Below, piece by piece: positions 1-10,529 of a stretch of DNA of 64,000 bases. This DNA comes from Myxococcales bacterium (GTDB lineage Bacteria > Myxococcota_A > Polyangia > Polyangiales > DASUME01): the NCBI GenBank assembly GCA_047601445.1, contig JASGJH010000001.1, forward strand, positions 256,001-320,000, read 5' to 3'. The position numbers were made by a program, and so were the translations under genes. The notes under the pieces are model-generated. The model ran no database searches. It was not told where the DNA came from and was given only the letters and a program-made list of their open reading frames with translations. The first letter of the stretch is position 1. Every line of letters starts with the position of its first letter.

Positions 1-7
1 TTCGATC

Positions 8-361
8 ATGATGGAGCGTCTAGGCACATGCTTGATGTGCGCGCTCGCGGTCGCAGCTTGCGCTCACCGTCCCTCGTCCACGCCTTCCAGCCCGGAGGCG
101 CGTGGCGTACCCGACAGCGAATTGACCCCGCGCGGAGCCTATTCCTGCGCCAGCGGTCAGAGCTTGGCCACCCAGTTCGACAGCACCCAACAGCAGCTCG
201 CGCTGAGCATCGACAACACGCTGGTGCGGCTCGATCAGGTGCCGTCGGGCTCGGGCTCCAAGTTCTCGAACGGGCAGATCACGTTCTGGAACCAGGGCCA
301 GTTGGCTTCGCTCGAGGTCGATGGTGTGCGCACCGACTGTCAGCGCGAGATCAGTCGTTAG
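8..361 (+). CDS. MliC-family lysozyme-inhibitor lipoprotein
   Basis: Lipobox-like VAAC; YSC...VPSGSGSKF...FWNQG...C matches the MliC/PliC SxSGxxY and WxKG motifs with two Cys. Confidence 0.8.
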   Translation: MMERLGTCLMCALAVAACAHRPSSTPSSPEARGVPDSELTPRGAYSCASGQSLATQFDSTQQQLALSIDNTLVRLDQVPSGSGSKFSNGQITFWNQGQLASLEVDGVRTDCQREISR

Positions 362-367
362 TGGGTG

Positions 368-395
368 GTCGGGGAGGTCGCGTGACCTCCCCGAC
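368..395. repeat. Perfect 12-bp inverted repeat (REP-like core, possible bidirectional terminator)
   Basis: GTCGGGGAGGTC-gcgt-GACCTCCCCGAC between the convergent stops of the MliC-like gene and valS. Confidence 0.85.
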
Positions 396-397
396 AA

Positions 398-3197
398 TTA
401 AGCCATTTGCTTGAGGGCGTCCCCGAGCTTTTGCTTGGCGGCCTCGAGTTCGGCCTTACGCGCGGTATCCTTGGCGATGACCTCGGCCGGGGCGCGGGCG
501 ATGAAGTCCGCGTTGCCGAGCTTCTTGGCCAGGACCATCAGGTCCTTCTCCACCTTGCTCAGCTCGCGCGTGACGCGCTCCTTCTCCTTGGCCATGTCCA
601 CCAAGCCCGTGAGCGGCACGAGCACGGTGATGCCTTCGGCCACGGCCGTGGCGGTGTGCTCGGGGATGACGTCGCTGGCGTCCTCGAGCGTGAGCGTCGC
701 GTTGCAGAGGGTCTCGATGGCCCCCTTCTGCGAGCTGAGCAGGGCTCGCTTCTCCGCCTCACCCGTTCGCACCGTGAGTGAGAGGTGCTTCTTCGGGGCC
801 AGGTCGTGCTCGGCGCGAATGGCACGTGCCGCGCTGATAACCGAGCTGAGCCAGGTGAGCTCCTTCTCGGCGGCCTCGTCGCGCAGGCCTTCCTTGCCGG
901 CCTGGGGGTAGGCGGCGACGGCGCAGGCCTTGGCGTGGCCGGCCCGCTTGGGCACGTTCTGCCAGATCTCTTCGGTGATGAAGGGCATCATGGGGTGCAG
1001 CGCGCGCAGTACGCTCTCGAGCACGTGCACCAGCGTGGCGCGCGTCTCCTTGGCGAGCGCTTCGGCTTCATCACGCTCGCGCGTCGTGCCTCCCGGGTCG
1101 CCCCCGGCCAGCAGCGGCTTGGTGAGCTCCAAGTACCAGTCGCACAGCTCGTTCCACACGAAGTGATAGAGCCCGAGCGTGGCGTCATCGAGGCGGTACT
1201 CGTGCACGCCCTGGTTGGCGGCGGCGAGCGCCACGTCGAGGCGCGACAGGATCCAGCGGTTGATCAGCGCCGTCGCTTGCGGACGTTCACCCGTGGCTTC
1301 CGCGCCCTTTCCATCGAGCTGCAGCATGGCGTAGCGCGCGGCGTTCCACAGCTTGTTGCAGAAGTTGCGGTAACCCTCGATGCGCTTGACGCTCAAGGCG
1401 ATGCGGCGTGCCTGGGGCGAGTAGCTCAGCAGCGTGTAGCGCACGGCGTCCGAGCCGTAGGCCTGGAAGCCCTCGGGGTAGGTGCGCGTGATGTACTTGA
1501 TGCCGCCCTCGCTGGTGCCGCTCTTCTTGGCCTTGTCGAGCAGTTGCTCGGGCGTGGCGCCGTAGATCAGATTCCAGGGGATCGATCACGTTGCCCTTCA
1601 CCTTCGACATCTTGTCGCCGTTCTCGTCGGTGACCATGCCGGCCAAGAGCACGCGCTTGAAGGGCGGCTTCCCCATGAAATGGATGCCCATCATCATCAT
1701 GCGCGCGACCCAGAAGAAGAGGATGTCGTAGCCCGTCTCCATGTCGCTGGTGGGGTAGAACTTGGCCAGGTCGGGCGTCTCGTTGGGCCAGCCGAGCGTG
1801 GAGAAGGGCCAAAGACCCGAGCTGAACCAGGTGTCGAGCACGTCCTCGTCGGCCTTGAGCTCGCTCGAGCCGCACTTGGGACAGCTGGTGGGATCGGTGC
1901 GGCTCACGATCACGTGCTCGCACTTCTGGCAGTACCAGGCGGGGATCGAGTGACCCCACCAGAGCTGGCGTGAGATGCACCAGTCCTGGATGTTGCGCAT
2001 CCAGTGGTAGTAGGTCTTGGCCCAATCCTCCGGGATGATGACCGTCTCGCCGTTCTCCACGGCCTTGATCGCCGGCTCGGCCAGCGGCTGCGTCTTCACG
2101 TACCACTGGGTGGAGATCAGCGGCTCCACGATGGTGCCCGAGCGCTGCGACTTGGGCAGCGTCATCAGGTGCTTCTTGCTGCCGCGCTCAAGGCCCAGCT
2201 CCACCAGGCGCTTCTTCACGGCCTTACGCGCCACGAAGCGATCGAGCCCCTTGAACTCGCCGCCCTGGTCGTTGACCTTGCCGTCGAGCGTGAAGATGTT
2301 GATCTCTTCGAGGTTGTGGCGCTTGCCCGTGGCGAAGTCGTTGAAGTCGTGGGCCGGCGTGACCTTCACGGCGCCGGTGCCGAACTTGGGATCGACTAGC
2401 TCGGCGTCCGTGATGATGGGGATGCGGCGGTTCACGAAGGGGTGCTTCACGAACTTGCCGTGCAGGTGCGTGTAGCGCGGATCCTCCGGGTGCACCGCGA
2501 TCGCGGTGTCGCCAAGCATCGTCTCCGGGCGTGTCGTGGCGATCACGATCTCGCCACCGTCCTCGGTGGGATAGGCGAACTCGTAGAGCTCGCCCTCGAC
2601 GTTCTCCTCGGTCTCGACCTCGAGGTCGCTGAGCACCGTTTGCGAGACGATGTCCCAGTTCACCAGACGCGTCGCCCGGTAGATGAGCCCCTCTTCGTAG
2701 AGCCGCACGAAGGCTTCGCGCACGGCCACGCAGAGCTCGGGATCCATCGTGAACTTGGTGCGTGTCCAGTCAGCGCTGGCGCCCATCACGCGCTTCTGCT
2801 CGAGGATGCGGTCGCCCGACTCGCGGCGCCAAGCCCACACGCGCTCGATGAACTTCTCGCGCCCGAGATCGTGCCGCGTGAGCCCCTCGGCCTTGAGCTG
2901 ACGCTCGACCACCACCTGGGTCGCGATGCCCGCGTGGTCGGTGCCCGGCACCCAGAGCGCGTTGTAGCCACGCATGCGGTGGTAACGGATGAGCACGTCC
3001 TCGAAGGTGGTGCGGCAGGCGTGACCCATGTGGAGGCTGCCCGTCACGTTCGGGGGTGGCATCGAAATTACGTAGGTCGGGCGCGGGTCGCTCGGGTCAC
3101 TCTCGGCACGGAACAAGCCGTGCTCTTCCCAGAAGGCGTACCACTTCCTTTCGGTGAGAGACGGATCGTAGGCCTTGGGCATCTCGGCGGCTGTCAT
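398..3197 (-). CDS. valS: Valine--tRNA ligase; apparent +1 frameshift at 1570-1574, likely a sequence error; about 932 aa corrected
   Basis: PPPNVTGSLHMGH (HIGH), DWCISRQLWWGH, KMSKVKGNVIDPL; C-terminal part (RNFCNKLWNA, coiled coil) is in the adjacent frame; deleting one base restores IDPLDLIYG. Confidence 0.97.
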
Positions 3198-3442
3198 GGG
3201 GGCCGGAAGATGAAGGTTAGAGGGCCCACCGGCAACGGGTGGCGTCGCGACTGCGAGCTAGCCCCCCATTCGACCCCCTCCGCGAGCCGTTCGCCCGCCC
3301 GTTAGTTCTGCTCACGCCCGGAGGGCTCCGGTTCGGACCCAAACCGGTCAGCGCGGGCGGTCGCAGCGGGCTGCCGTGCAAAAATTTCCCTAGGAAGAAA
3401 CGCTTGAAAACCAGGCGCCAATTAGGGTCTTCTCCCACCCCT

Positions 3443-5722
3443 ATGAGTCCCTCCCGCTTGCTCCCCCTTACCCTCTTGGCCGCGGCGTGCCTGGCAACGG
3501 CCTGCTCGGAAGACACCACCCCGCCTCGCGACGGCGAAACGCTCGATGGCGGCGACGGAGACGGGGGCGGCGGCCAGCACGACACTGGCACGGTGAACCC
3601 CGGAGACGGCGACGGCGACGGGGATGGCGACGGCGGGCAGACGGTGGTCGACAGCGGTGCGGATAGCGGCGCCGACAGCGGCCCGTGCGTGCCGAAGGGC
3701 TGTGATGAGCTCCCGAACATCGAGTGCGGCAGCACCACCGACGGCTGCGGTGGGCCGCTCGACTGCGGAGACGACAAGTGCACCGGGGTCAATACTTGCG
3801 GCGCAGTGGATGCGAACAAGTGCGGCTGCAAGCCCAAGACCTGCGAAGACCTGGGCGCGGTCTGTGGTGAGGACATCGACGACGGCTGCGGCGGCAAGAT
3901 CCCGACCTGCGGTGCGGGCGACTGCTTGGCCCAGGGCGACAACTACATCTGCAATCAGGACCGCACGGCCTGCGCCTGCGTGCCCGAGTCGGAGCTCAGC
4001 GTGTGCGCGCAGCATGCATGCGGCGACTACGGCGATGGCTGCGGGCTCGAGCTCGACATCAACTGCGGCACCTGCGGCGGCTACAAGCACTGCGTGGACA
4101 GCGGCGCTGCCTCGGACTGCCAGTGCGACACCACCAACAACACGCTCAAGACTCAGGCCTGCGCGGGCAAGACCTGCGGCACCGTCACCACCGCCGATGG
4201 CTGTCAGTTCACCTGCGGTGCGGCGTGCGGTCCCACCAGCTGCGGTTTGAACGGCGCTTGCACCGGCAACTGCACCTGCCCGAATGACGGCAATGGCGCA
4301 GGAGAAGACCAGATCTGCGTGGCGGGAAACTGCTGCACGCCGCCCGCCAACGCGGCGGCCGCTTGCGGCGCCCAGAACTGCGGCGAGGTCACGGTCTGCG
4401 GCACCAAGTTCAGCTGCGGCAACAACAACACCACGGCCTGTGCCGACGCGACCAAGGCCTGCTCTGATCCCACCTACGACAAGCAGCATGCCAAGCCCAC
4501 CTGCATCGACAAGAAGCAGGCCGACCTGCTCGGCACCTACCTGGTGCGTTCGCACGCTTTCCGAGGCTCGCGCGACGGCAACACCGACCTGGTGAACCGC
4601 TCCGAGTCGCTCTCCATCGTGACCATCGAGGTCAGCGCGGCGGGCGCACTGCGCATGCGCGACTACGGCTGCTTCACCACGGGCATCGATATCAAGGGAG
4701 CGAACCCCAGCATCGCGCCGAGCTACTACAACCTGCCCGAGCTCCTCGTCGACCTCAGCGTGGCGGCGGGCTCCGCGGGCCAGCCCAACACCTGGCTGCG
4801 TCCAGCCAAGTCCATCGCTGCGGGCTACATCGATGCCCGCCCCGGGAATTACTTCTGCGACGCTGCGGGCGCCTTCACGGGCGCGGGCAACGCGGCCACC
4901 GACTTCAACACGGCACCTGGCTTCATCGGTCCCACGGTGACTGCCGAGTCCGGTGCGCGTAAGGTCTGGTTGGGCAACTACGATCCGCCCAAGGACGAGC
5001 AAGCGAACCAGGCCTGCACTTGCCCCGCCAACCTCGCGGCCTACAGCGCGATGCCGGCTGAGAACGTGTCGAGCTCCGCGAGCGGCGTGACGGATTGCCG
5101 CATCAACGACATCGACGACGACAACAAGCCCGGCTTCAGTATCATCGCCAAGTACGGCACCACCACCCTGAACGTGGCCGCTGCCAGCCTCTCGACTACC
5201 GAGTGGTGGGGCAACATCGACCCCGCGGGCCGCCACTACGGCTTTGGCGCCATCTCGGCCAGCCACGCCCGCACGGTCCCCCTGTCGCGCAAGTTCCTCA
5301 CTTGCGGCGGCAGCCCGGCCTTCAGCGCGGGCCTCCTGTGTCTCGCCGCGCCGAGCCAATCCGACTGGGGCTGCGGCGCCCAGTACGACGTGGTCCGCTT
5401 CGAGAAGCAGCCCAAGGGTGTGCACTACGACACCTTCGACCAGCTCAAGAACGCCTGCATCGGCGCGGGCAAGTACTACGCGAACGCGCCGGCCACGGCC
5501 GTGGGGCAGGCCAAGACCAAGGTGGGCGAGTTCTCGTTCACGACGGCTTGCACCACCTCCGCCAACTGCCGTGAGGATGAGATCTGCAAGGCGGGCAAGT
5601 GCTGGCCGATGACGTCTCCCGAGGTCTGCGACACGACCACGGCTCCCTGTCGGGCGGGCTGGGTCTGCGCGGATTCGGACCACTCCTGCTGGCCCGCCAC
5701 CTGCACCGATCCCACGCCTTGA
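3443..5722 (+). CDS. Cys-rich repeat lipoprotein, putative surface protein
   Basis: Signal peptide with LATAC lipobox, GD-rich linker, repeats of C-x-P-x2-C...CG...DGCG...CG, non-repetitive central domain, Cys-rich C-terminus. Confidence 0.8.
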   Translation: MSPSRLLPLTLLAAACLATACSEDTTPPRDGETLDGGDGDGGGGQHDTGTVNPGDGDGDGDGDGGQTVVDSGADSGADSGPCVPKGCDELPNIECGSTTDGCGGPLDCGDDKCTGVNTCGAVDANKCGCKPKTCEDLGAVCGEDIDDGCGGKIPTCGAGDCLAQGDNYICNQDRTACACVPESELSVCAQHACGDYGDGCGLELDINCGTCGGYKHCVDSGAASDCQCDTTNNTLKTQACAGKTCGTVTTADGCQFTCGAACGPTSCGLNGACTGNCTCPNDGNGAGEDQICVAGNCCTPPANAAAACGAQNCGEVTVCGTKFSCGNNNTTACADATKACSDPTYDKQHAKPTCIDKKQADLLGTYLVRSHAFRGSRDGNTDLVNRSESLSIVTIEVSAAGALRMRDYGCFTTGIDIKGANPSIAPSYYNLPELLVDLSVAAGSAGQPNTWLRPAKSIAAGYIDARPGNYFCDAAGAFTGAGNAATDFNTAPGFIGPTVTAESGARKVWLGNYDPPKDEQANQACTCPANLAAYSAMPAENVSSSASGVTDCRINDIDDDNKPGFSIIAKYGTTTLNVAAASLSTTEWWGNIDPAGRHYGFGAISASHARTVPLSRKFLTCGGSPAFSAGLLCLAAPSQSDWGCGAQYDVVRFEKQPKGVHYDTFDQLKNACIGAGKYYANAPATAVGQAKTKVGEFSFTTACTTSANCREDEICKAGKCWPMTSPEVCDTTTAPCRAGWVCADSDHSCWPATCTDPTP

Positions 5723-5726
5723 TGGA

Positions 5727-5787
5727 ACGGGGAGGTCACCCGGCCTCCCCGCCCGTCCGGACCCCGCGAGGTTCGCGTCGCTCACCC
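5727..5787 (+). repeat. REP-like element, internally shortened copy
   Basis: ACGGGGAGGTCACCCGGCCTCCCCGCCCGTC...CCGCGAGGTTCGC-GTCGCTCAC shares both ends with the copies at 10444 and 18746. Confidence 0.75.
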
Positions 5788-5823
5788 AAAGCCCAAGCGC
5801 GGCGCGCGTGTTAAACCCGCGCC

Positions 5824-7506
5824 ATGCGTTACCTGTGCGTCCATTGTGATCACCGCTTCGATGTCGAGGGAACCGACGTGCCCTCGCGTTGCCCGAAGTG
5901 CATGCGTGCCACCGGCGTGAAGCCGCTCATGCAGCAGTCGTTGTCCGAGGTGAAGAAGGGCATCACGCGCCCCTTCTTGATCGCAATCGGTCTCGGCGCA
6001 GCCACGGTGATCGGGGTAGGGGGCTATCTACTGCTCGGCTCGCCCAAGGACCCCAAGCTGGCCCTGGCGAGCACGCAGCCCCTGTCCGAGAGCGATCTGA
6101 CGGCAGCCTTGGCGAGCCAGCAGGTGAACGCAGGCGGACTCGAGAAGCTGCTCCTCGAAGACGACGCCATCGAGGGCTTCGCGGAGAAAGCGGCAGGCTC
6201 GGCCAAGACCCCGAGTGAAAAAGCCAAGGCGCTCACGCAGGCCCTTCGCGAGCGCGCCAAGGCGCTGGCCTTCGTGCCGTGGTCGCTGGGGGAGCCGCGC
6301 GCCACACCAGTGATGACGGCGAGCGAGACCTTCAAGTTGGTCCAGAAAGATGGCGGGCGCGCCGAGCTCTATCCCATCGAGGTAGCGGCTCTCGAGGTGA
6401 GTGCGCTGCGCAGCCTGGACATGCCCGCGATGGTGGCCGAGTTGGTGCAGGTGCCAGGGGAGCGCGCGCCGCTCGAGGGGGCGGGCTATATCGGGTACTT
6501 CGTGGTGGCAGTGCCCGGTGCGAACGGAGCGGCTCCCGAGCTCTTCGACCCTTACGGCGGGCGCAGCCTCAAGGGCAGCGAGAAGATCAATCTGCTGAGT
6601 GACGCGACCGCGGTGGGAGCAGCGCTCTCGCTGCGGGCGATCCACGAGATGGCGTACCTGGCGGATCCGCGCAGTGCGCTCGCTACGTCGTCGCACGCGC
6701 TGAAGCTGGCGGCGAGCTTGCCGGCGGTGCGCACGGCGCGCGGTGTGATCGTGTTGAGCGGCAAGATGGTGGAGCAGGGGCTCCAGGAGTTCACCGCAGC
6801 GAGCCAGCTCCGCGCGGACGCGCCACGCCTGCACAACCTGGCCAGCGTGAAGCTGATGACAGGGGACGTGGAGGGAGCGGGCAACGACCTCACGCGCGCG
6901 CTCGAGAAGTCTCCGGACTACGCCTCGGCGCAGGCCAGCCTCGGCGCGCTCGACATGCTGCGCGGCGATGCGGATGGAGCCCGCGTGGCGTTCGAGAAGG
7001 CGGAGCAGCTCTCGCCAGATCTATCGCTCGTGCAGTGGGGGCTGGCCGAGTTCGCGCTGCGCTCCGGGGACAAAGCGACGGCGCTCGCCAAGGCCGAGCA
7101 GGCGGTGAAGCGTCGCCCATCGTTCGACGCCAAGGTGCGCTACGGCGTGCTGTTGCGTCAGGCCGGGCGCTTCGAGGAGATGCGCGTGGTGGCCCACGAG
7201 CTGGTAAAGCTCACGCCGGACTATCGCAAGGACGAGGTGCGCGAACTCTTGACCACGGTGCTCGGTCCCACCGCGCTCGATCCCATCGAGCCCGACCCCA
7301 GCGCGGATGATCTGGCAGACCTCGGCGGACCCGATCTCGATCTGAAGCTCGGAGCCGACTCCAAGCTGCTCAATCCCAGCGAGCCTCAGCTCGCACCAGC
7401 GGCACCCAGCGGCGGCAACGACCCGATGCTGATGCTCGGTGACCCCAAGAAGCTCAAGCTCGGCGGCGACCAGCCCAAGCTAAAGCTCGATCTCGACTCT
7501 CCCTGA
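5824..7506 (+). CDS. Membrane-anchored protein: N-terminal zinc ribbon, TM helix, degenerate transglutaminase-like core, TPR repeats
   Basis: CVHC...CPKC at N-terminus; hydrophobic FLIAIGLGAATVIGVGGYLLL; TPR-like helices (ALEKSPDYASAQASLG, AEQLSPDLSLVQWGLA). Confidence 0.7.
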   Translation: MRYLCVHCDHRFDVEGTDVPSRCPKCMRATGVKPLMQQSLSEVKKGITRPFLIAIGLGAATVIGVGGYLLLGSPKDPKLALASTQPLSESDLTAALASQQVNAGGLEKLLLEDDAIEGFAEKAAGSAKTPSEKAKALTQALRERAKALAFVPWSLGEPRATPVMTASETFKLVQKDGGRAELYPIEVAALEVSALRSLDMPAMVAELVQVPGERAPLEGAGYIGYFVVAVPGANGAAPELFDPYGGRSLKGSEKINLLSDATAVGAALSLRAIHEMAYLADPRSALATSSHALKLAASLPAVRTARGVIVLSGKMVEQGLQEFTAASQLRADAPRLHNLASVKLMTGDVEGAGNDLTRALEKSPDYASAQASLGALDMLRGDADGARVAFEKAEQLSPDLSLVQWGLAEFALRSGDKATALAKAEQAVKRRPSFDAKVRYGVLLRQAGRFEEMRVVAHELVKLTPDYRKDEVRELLTTVLGPTALDPIEPDPSADDLADLGGPDLDLKLGADSKLLNPSEPQLAPAAPSGGNDPMLMLGDPKKLKLGGDQPKLKLDLDSP

Positions 7507-7514
7507 TCTCTCTG

Positions 7515-7536
7515 CCCAGTTCGTCCTCGAACTGGG
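7515..7536 (+). terminator. Stem-loop after the TPR gene
   Basis: CCCAGTTCG-tcct-CGAACTGGG, 9-bp perfect stem just after the stop; weak U-tract. Confidence 0.45.
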
Positions 7537-7819
7537 GGTTGGCGTCGGGGGCGGGGGGCCGCTTGGTTGGCGCGGCAACCGCTTTGTCGAACGAGCGTCC
7601 TCACAGGCGGGCCGGCATCGAAACGTGTGCCACTCCACCCCCACAGCCACCCCTGACGCGAGAAAGCGCCACCGCGTCAACCAGCGGCCTCCCGCCCCCG
7701 AAGCGACGGCCCAGACCAAGAGCCCGCACTGGAGAATGTAATGGCGGAGAGGAGCGTGAGGCACCGATTCGGAATGCAGCTCGATTGCGCGCGCGCCGCG
7801 CCGCCGTTAGCGTGATGGT

Positions 7820-8815
7820 ATGCGCTTGATTTTCGTCTCGATCGTCGTGAGCGCATGGATGCCGCTCGCGGGGTTGGCACAAGACAATGTGCAGCCACCG
7901 CAAGCTCCGTTCAGCGCCCCCATTCCCGACCCGGCTCCTGTGACGCAGCCCACGCCGTCGCCACCGGCGAGCGCTCCTGCCACACCGTACGCGCCGCCCA
8001 GCGCGCCCTATGCGCCGCCCGCGCCCGTGGCTGCCCCAACGCCGGTCGCTCCCGCGGTCGTCTACGCACCACCCGCGCCGGTCACCCCTGCACCCATTTA
8101 TGCACCACCCGCGCCGGTCACTCCCGCGCCCATCTATTTGGTGCCCATCAGCCAAGCTCCCGCTGTGGCGCCTGCTGTTCCGGGTGCGCAGCTCTCGCCT
8201 TCCACGCCTGCGATGTCGGATCCGTCGCTGCCCGCGCCGGGCAAGGGCGACCCAGGCTTCGTCGATCGCAGCAAGTTACCAGGTGGCTACGTCATCGCCG
8301 CAGGCCAGGTCATCAAGTACACGTCCCCGGACGATGACCCATTGCAGGCCGTGCGCGAGGCTCAGCTCTCTTCCGAGCTAACGCTCGCGCTGGACCAACT
8401 CGACGCGCTGCAGAATCAGCGTGTGCGATTGGGACCGGCCATCACGCTGATGGTGTTCGGCTTCGGCGCGAGCTCCGTGTCCGCGCTCGCGGCCGTCTCC
8501 ACGTTCTCCAAGGCAGAGTCGGTGCAGCACGGACACCTTACGGGCCACGACATCACGGGCAACGGCGTGGTCAACGGACAGGACGAGCAGCGCTACCGCA
8601 ACATCGCCTACGGGTTCACGGCTGCTGCGGTCGGGGGACTCGTGATGGGGCTAACCGGCCTCGTGAAGCTTGCCCGCCGCCGCGGCGAGCGCGCAGCTAA
8701 CCAGGCGCGTTCGGAGCAGCTCACGGGGCGCATCGCTGCGATCCGCGAGCAACTCGACTACGGCGTCAGCTTCGGGCCTCAGCAGCTGCAGATGGGGATC
8801 CAGAGCAACTTCTGA
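7820..8815 (+). CDS. Pro/Ala-rich exported or membrane protein
   Basis: Signal peptide, YAPPAPVTPAPI tandem repeats, two hydrophobic segments, C-terminal Phe. Confidence 0.7.
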   Translation: MRLIFVSIVVSAWMPLAGLAQDNVQPPQAPFSAPIPDPAPVTQPTPSPPASAPATPYAPPSAPYAPPAPVAAPTPVAPAVVYAPPAPVTPAPIYAPPAPVTPAPIYLVPISQAPAVAPAVPGAQLSPSTPAMSDPSLPAPGKGDPGFVDRSKLPGGYVIAAGQVIKYTSPDDDPLQAVREAQLSSELTLALDQLDALQNQRVRLGPAITLMVFGFGASSVSALAAVSTFSKAESVQHGHLTGHDITGNGVVNGQDEQRYRNIAYGFTAAAVGGLVMGLTGLVKLARRRGERAANQARSEQLTGRIAAIREQLDYGVSFGPQQLQMGIQSNF

Positions 8816-8958
8816 GGAGCGAGAACGTTCGCCACGCTGGATTCTTGGGACGTCGCCGTGCGCTGCGCGCACTGAGTGCGGCTCCTCGCCGGCCTTGATT
8901 CTTCTTCGAAACCCGCCGAAGCTCGGTCAGCAGACGTGGTGCTGCGCGGGAGCTGGCC

Positions 8959-9567
8959 ATGCAGGAATCTGGAGACATCGGTGGCGGTGGGGCGGACAAC
9001 GCGTTCGAGGACGCCAAGGCGTTCAACAAAGGTAAGGGTAAGACGCTGGCCGCGATGATCGGCTTCGTGCTCGCGGCCGTGGCGGCCTTTGGTTGGTACG
9101 TCCTGCAAGATCAGCCGAATCCTTACAGTGGTCTCGGCAAGCAGGTGAATGGACTCAAGAGCAAGTACTTCGACGGCTTCTTCATCTGCGCGTTGCCGGG
9201 CAAGATGCCGGGCGAGCTCAAGAGCGATCAGGATCTGCGCGCGGAGATCGATTCACGCGCGGTCGCGGGCGCGCGCTACGGCGCTCATCTGCGCAAGTGC
9301 GCGGCGCCGTTACGTGAGCTCAGCACGGGCCTGCGCGCGCTGTTGCCGCCCGAAGAAGCTGTGCCGCTCGTGAAGTCGATGGCGGACTCGGCGACCAAGC
9401 TGAACGTGGGTGCCGAAGCCTTCGCTGGACACCTGGAGAATCTCGAGGCTGCCTACGATCCCGAGAACGGAGCCCAGGAGTCCGACACGCTCGTGCGAGC
9501 TTGGTACGAGTTTAAGAAAGCTCACGCCGATCTGAATCAGCTCGTCAAAACCAAGTTGGGTCGGTGA
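8959..9567 (+). CDS. Hypothetical single-pass membrane protein
   Basis: TM segment LAAMIGFVLAAVAAFGWYVL followed by a helical domain; host-like codon use. Confidence 0.7.
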   Translation: MQESGDIGGGGADNAFEDAKAFNKGKGKTLAAMIGFVLAAVAAFGWYVLQDQPNPYSGLGKQVNGLKSKYFDGFFICALPGKMPGELKSDQDLRAEIDSRAVAGARYGAHLRKCAAPLRELSTGLRALLPPEEAVPLVKSMADSATKLNVGAEAFAGHLENLEAAYDPENGAQESDTLVRAWYEFKKAHADLNQLVKTKLGR

Positions 9568-9847
9568 AGCAAAGTCGACACATGGAAGAGAAATCTGAGC
9601 CGAACCGCTATCCCAAAACAGCGCTAATTGCCGTGAAATTTTGAAGTCGAATGACACAAATGCTGAAATTGGGCCTGTAAATCAGGTTAATTGATCCTCT
9701 TTCACTTGCTCCCGAGCCACGCACGTCCTAACTCGCCCGTTTCGTGAAAACTGCAGCAACCTCCTCGTTGCGATGTTGATACGGAGAGGTCTGCTGCCAA
9801 CGTCGGCTTTGCTGTTCGAAGTCGGCCGCGAATGCGGAGCGAAACCC

Positions 9848-10402
9848 ATGTGTAGACTCGTCTGTCATCTGAGTGCCCTACTCATCGCAGTGAACCTCGT
9901 GGCTGCGCCGGCATTGGCTTATCGCAAGCCGATTCCGGAGACCGCGTGGGATGAGACCACGAAGCTCACACTGGCCCGTGCCATGGTCGGTGAAGCGGAC
10001 TGGCATGAGCCTGACCACATTGCGATCGCCTTCGTGCTTGCTCGTCGTTGGCATGCACACCAGGAGAATCGCGCGCCTCTGCCGTTCCATCGTTACATCG
10101 AGCTGTACTCTGCGTCGCTGCGCGGTAAGGGCGAACGCACCAAGTGGATCCAGTCGTTGACCTGGGGTCCCTTACCCGGTCCCTTCGAGCAGCGTTGGAA
10201 CCGCGTCATGAAGTTGGTGCAAGCGTGGGGAGATGGTCGCGTGAAAGACCCGTGTCCCAACGCGCGTCACTGGGGCGGCGCGATGGATCGTCCATCACGC
10301 CTGTTGCACCCGGTGAGCTGCGGCATGACCCGCAACATTTTCTATGCGCCTCGCCTCGCGGCTGTCGGTGAACGCGAGCGCTGGGTCGCCGCCAACAAGT
10401 AA
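9848..10402 (+). CDS. Secreted protein resembling SleB/Hydrolase_2 cell-wall hydrolase
   Basis: Signal peptide; LARAMVGEA...IAIAFVLARR...DPCPNARHW...NIFY parallels the Hydrolase_2 pattern LA..i..EA...VA.VilNR...DPt.gA.hy...H.FY. Confidence 0.55.
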   Translation: MCRLVCHLSALLIAVNLVAAPALAYRKPIPETAWDETTKLTLARAMVGEADWHEPDHIAIAFVLARRWHAHQENRAPLPFHRYIELYSASLRGKGERTKWIQSLTWGPLPGPFEQRWNRVMKLVQAWGDGRVKDPCPNARHWGGAMDRPSRLLHPVSCGMTRNIFYAPRLAAVGERERWVAANK

Positions 10403-10443
10403 CACGCGCAGGGCCTCTCCGGATGCGAGCAGCGACGCAAGTC

Positions 10444-10527
10444 GTGAGCGAAAGCGAACCTCGCGGAGGGGTGGGCCCCGGCGCGGCTTTGCCGCGACGG
10501 GCAGGGAGGTCGCGTGACCTCCCCGTC
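10444..10527 (-). repeat. REP-like element, full-length (~84 bp) copy
   Basis: Reverse complement GACGGGGAGGTCACGCGACCTCCCTGCCCGTCGCGGCAAAGCCGCGCCGGGGCCCACCCCTCCGCGAGGTTCGCTTTCGCTCAC aligns end to end with the 18746 copy. Confidence 0.85.
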
Positions 10528-10529
10528 AA

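Noticed and set aside
398..3197. valS (and mcl2, the TPR gene, the PP2C gene) as true pseudogenes
   Set aside because: Each has a single identical +1 change at GATC and no other decay, and valS is essential; a systematic sequence error is more likely.
3422..5785. Long antisense or alternate-frame ORFs (e.g. 3422-5785, 41018-42673, 47855-49534, 54944-57565)
   Set aside because: Shadow ORFs expected from GC-rich codon bias opposite clear genes; no recognisable motifs.
9568..9847. c-di-AMP (ydaO) or c-di-GMP riboswitch upstream of the hydrolase-like gene
   Set aside because: Core conserved segments are not recognisable; only a weak CCCGAG...CTAAC resemblance.
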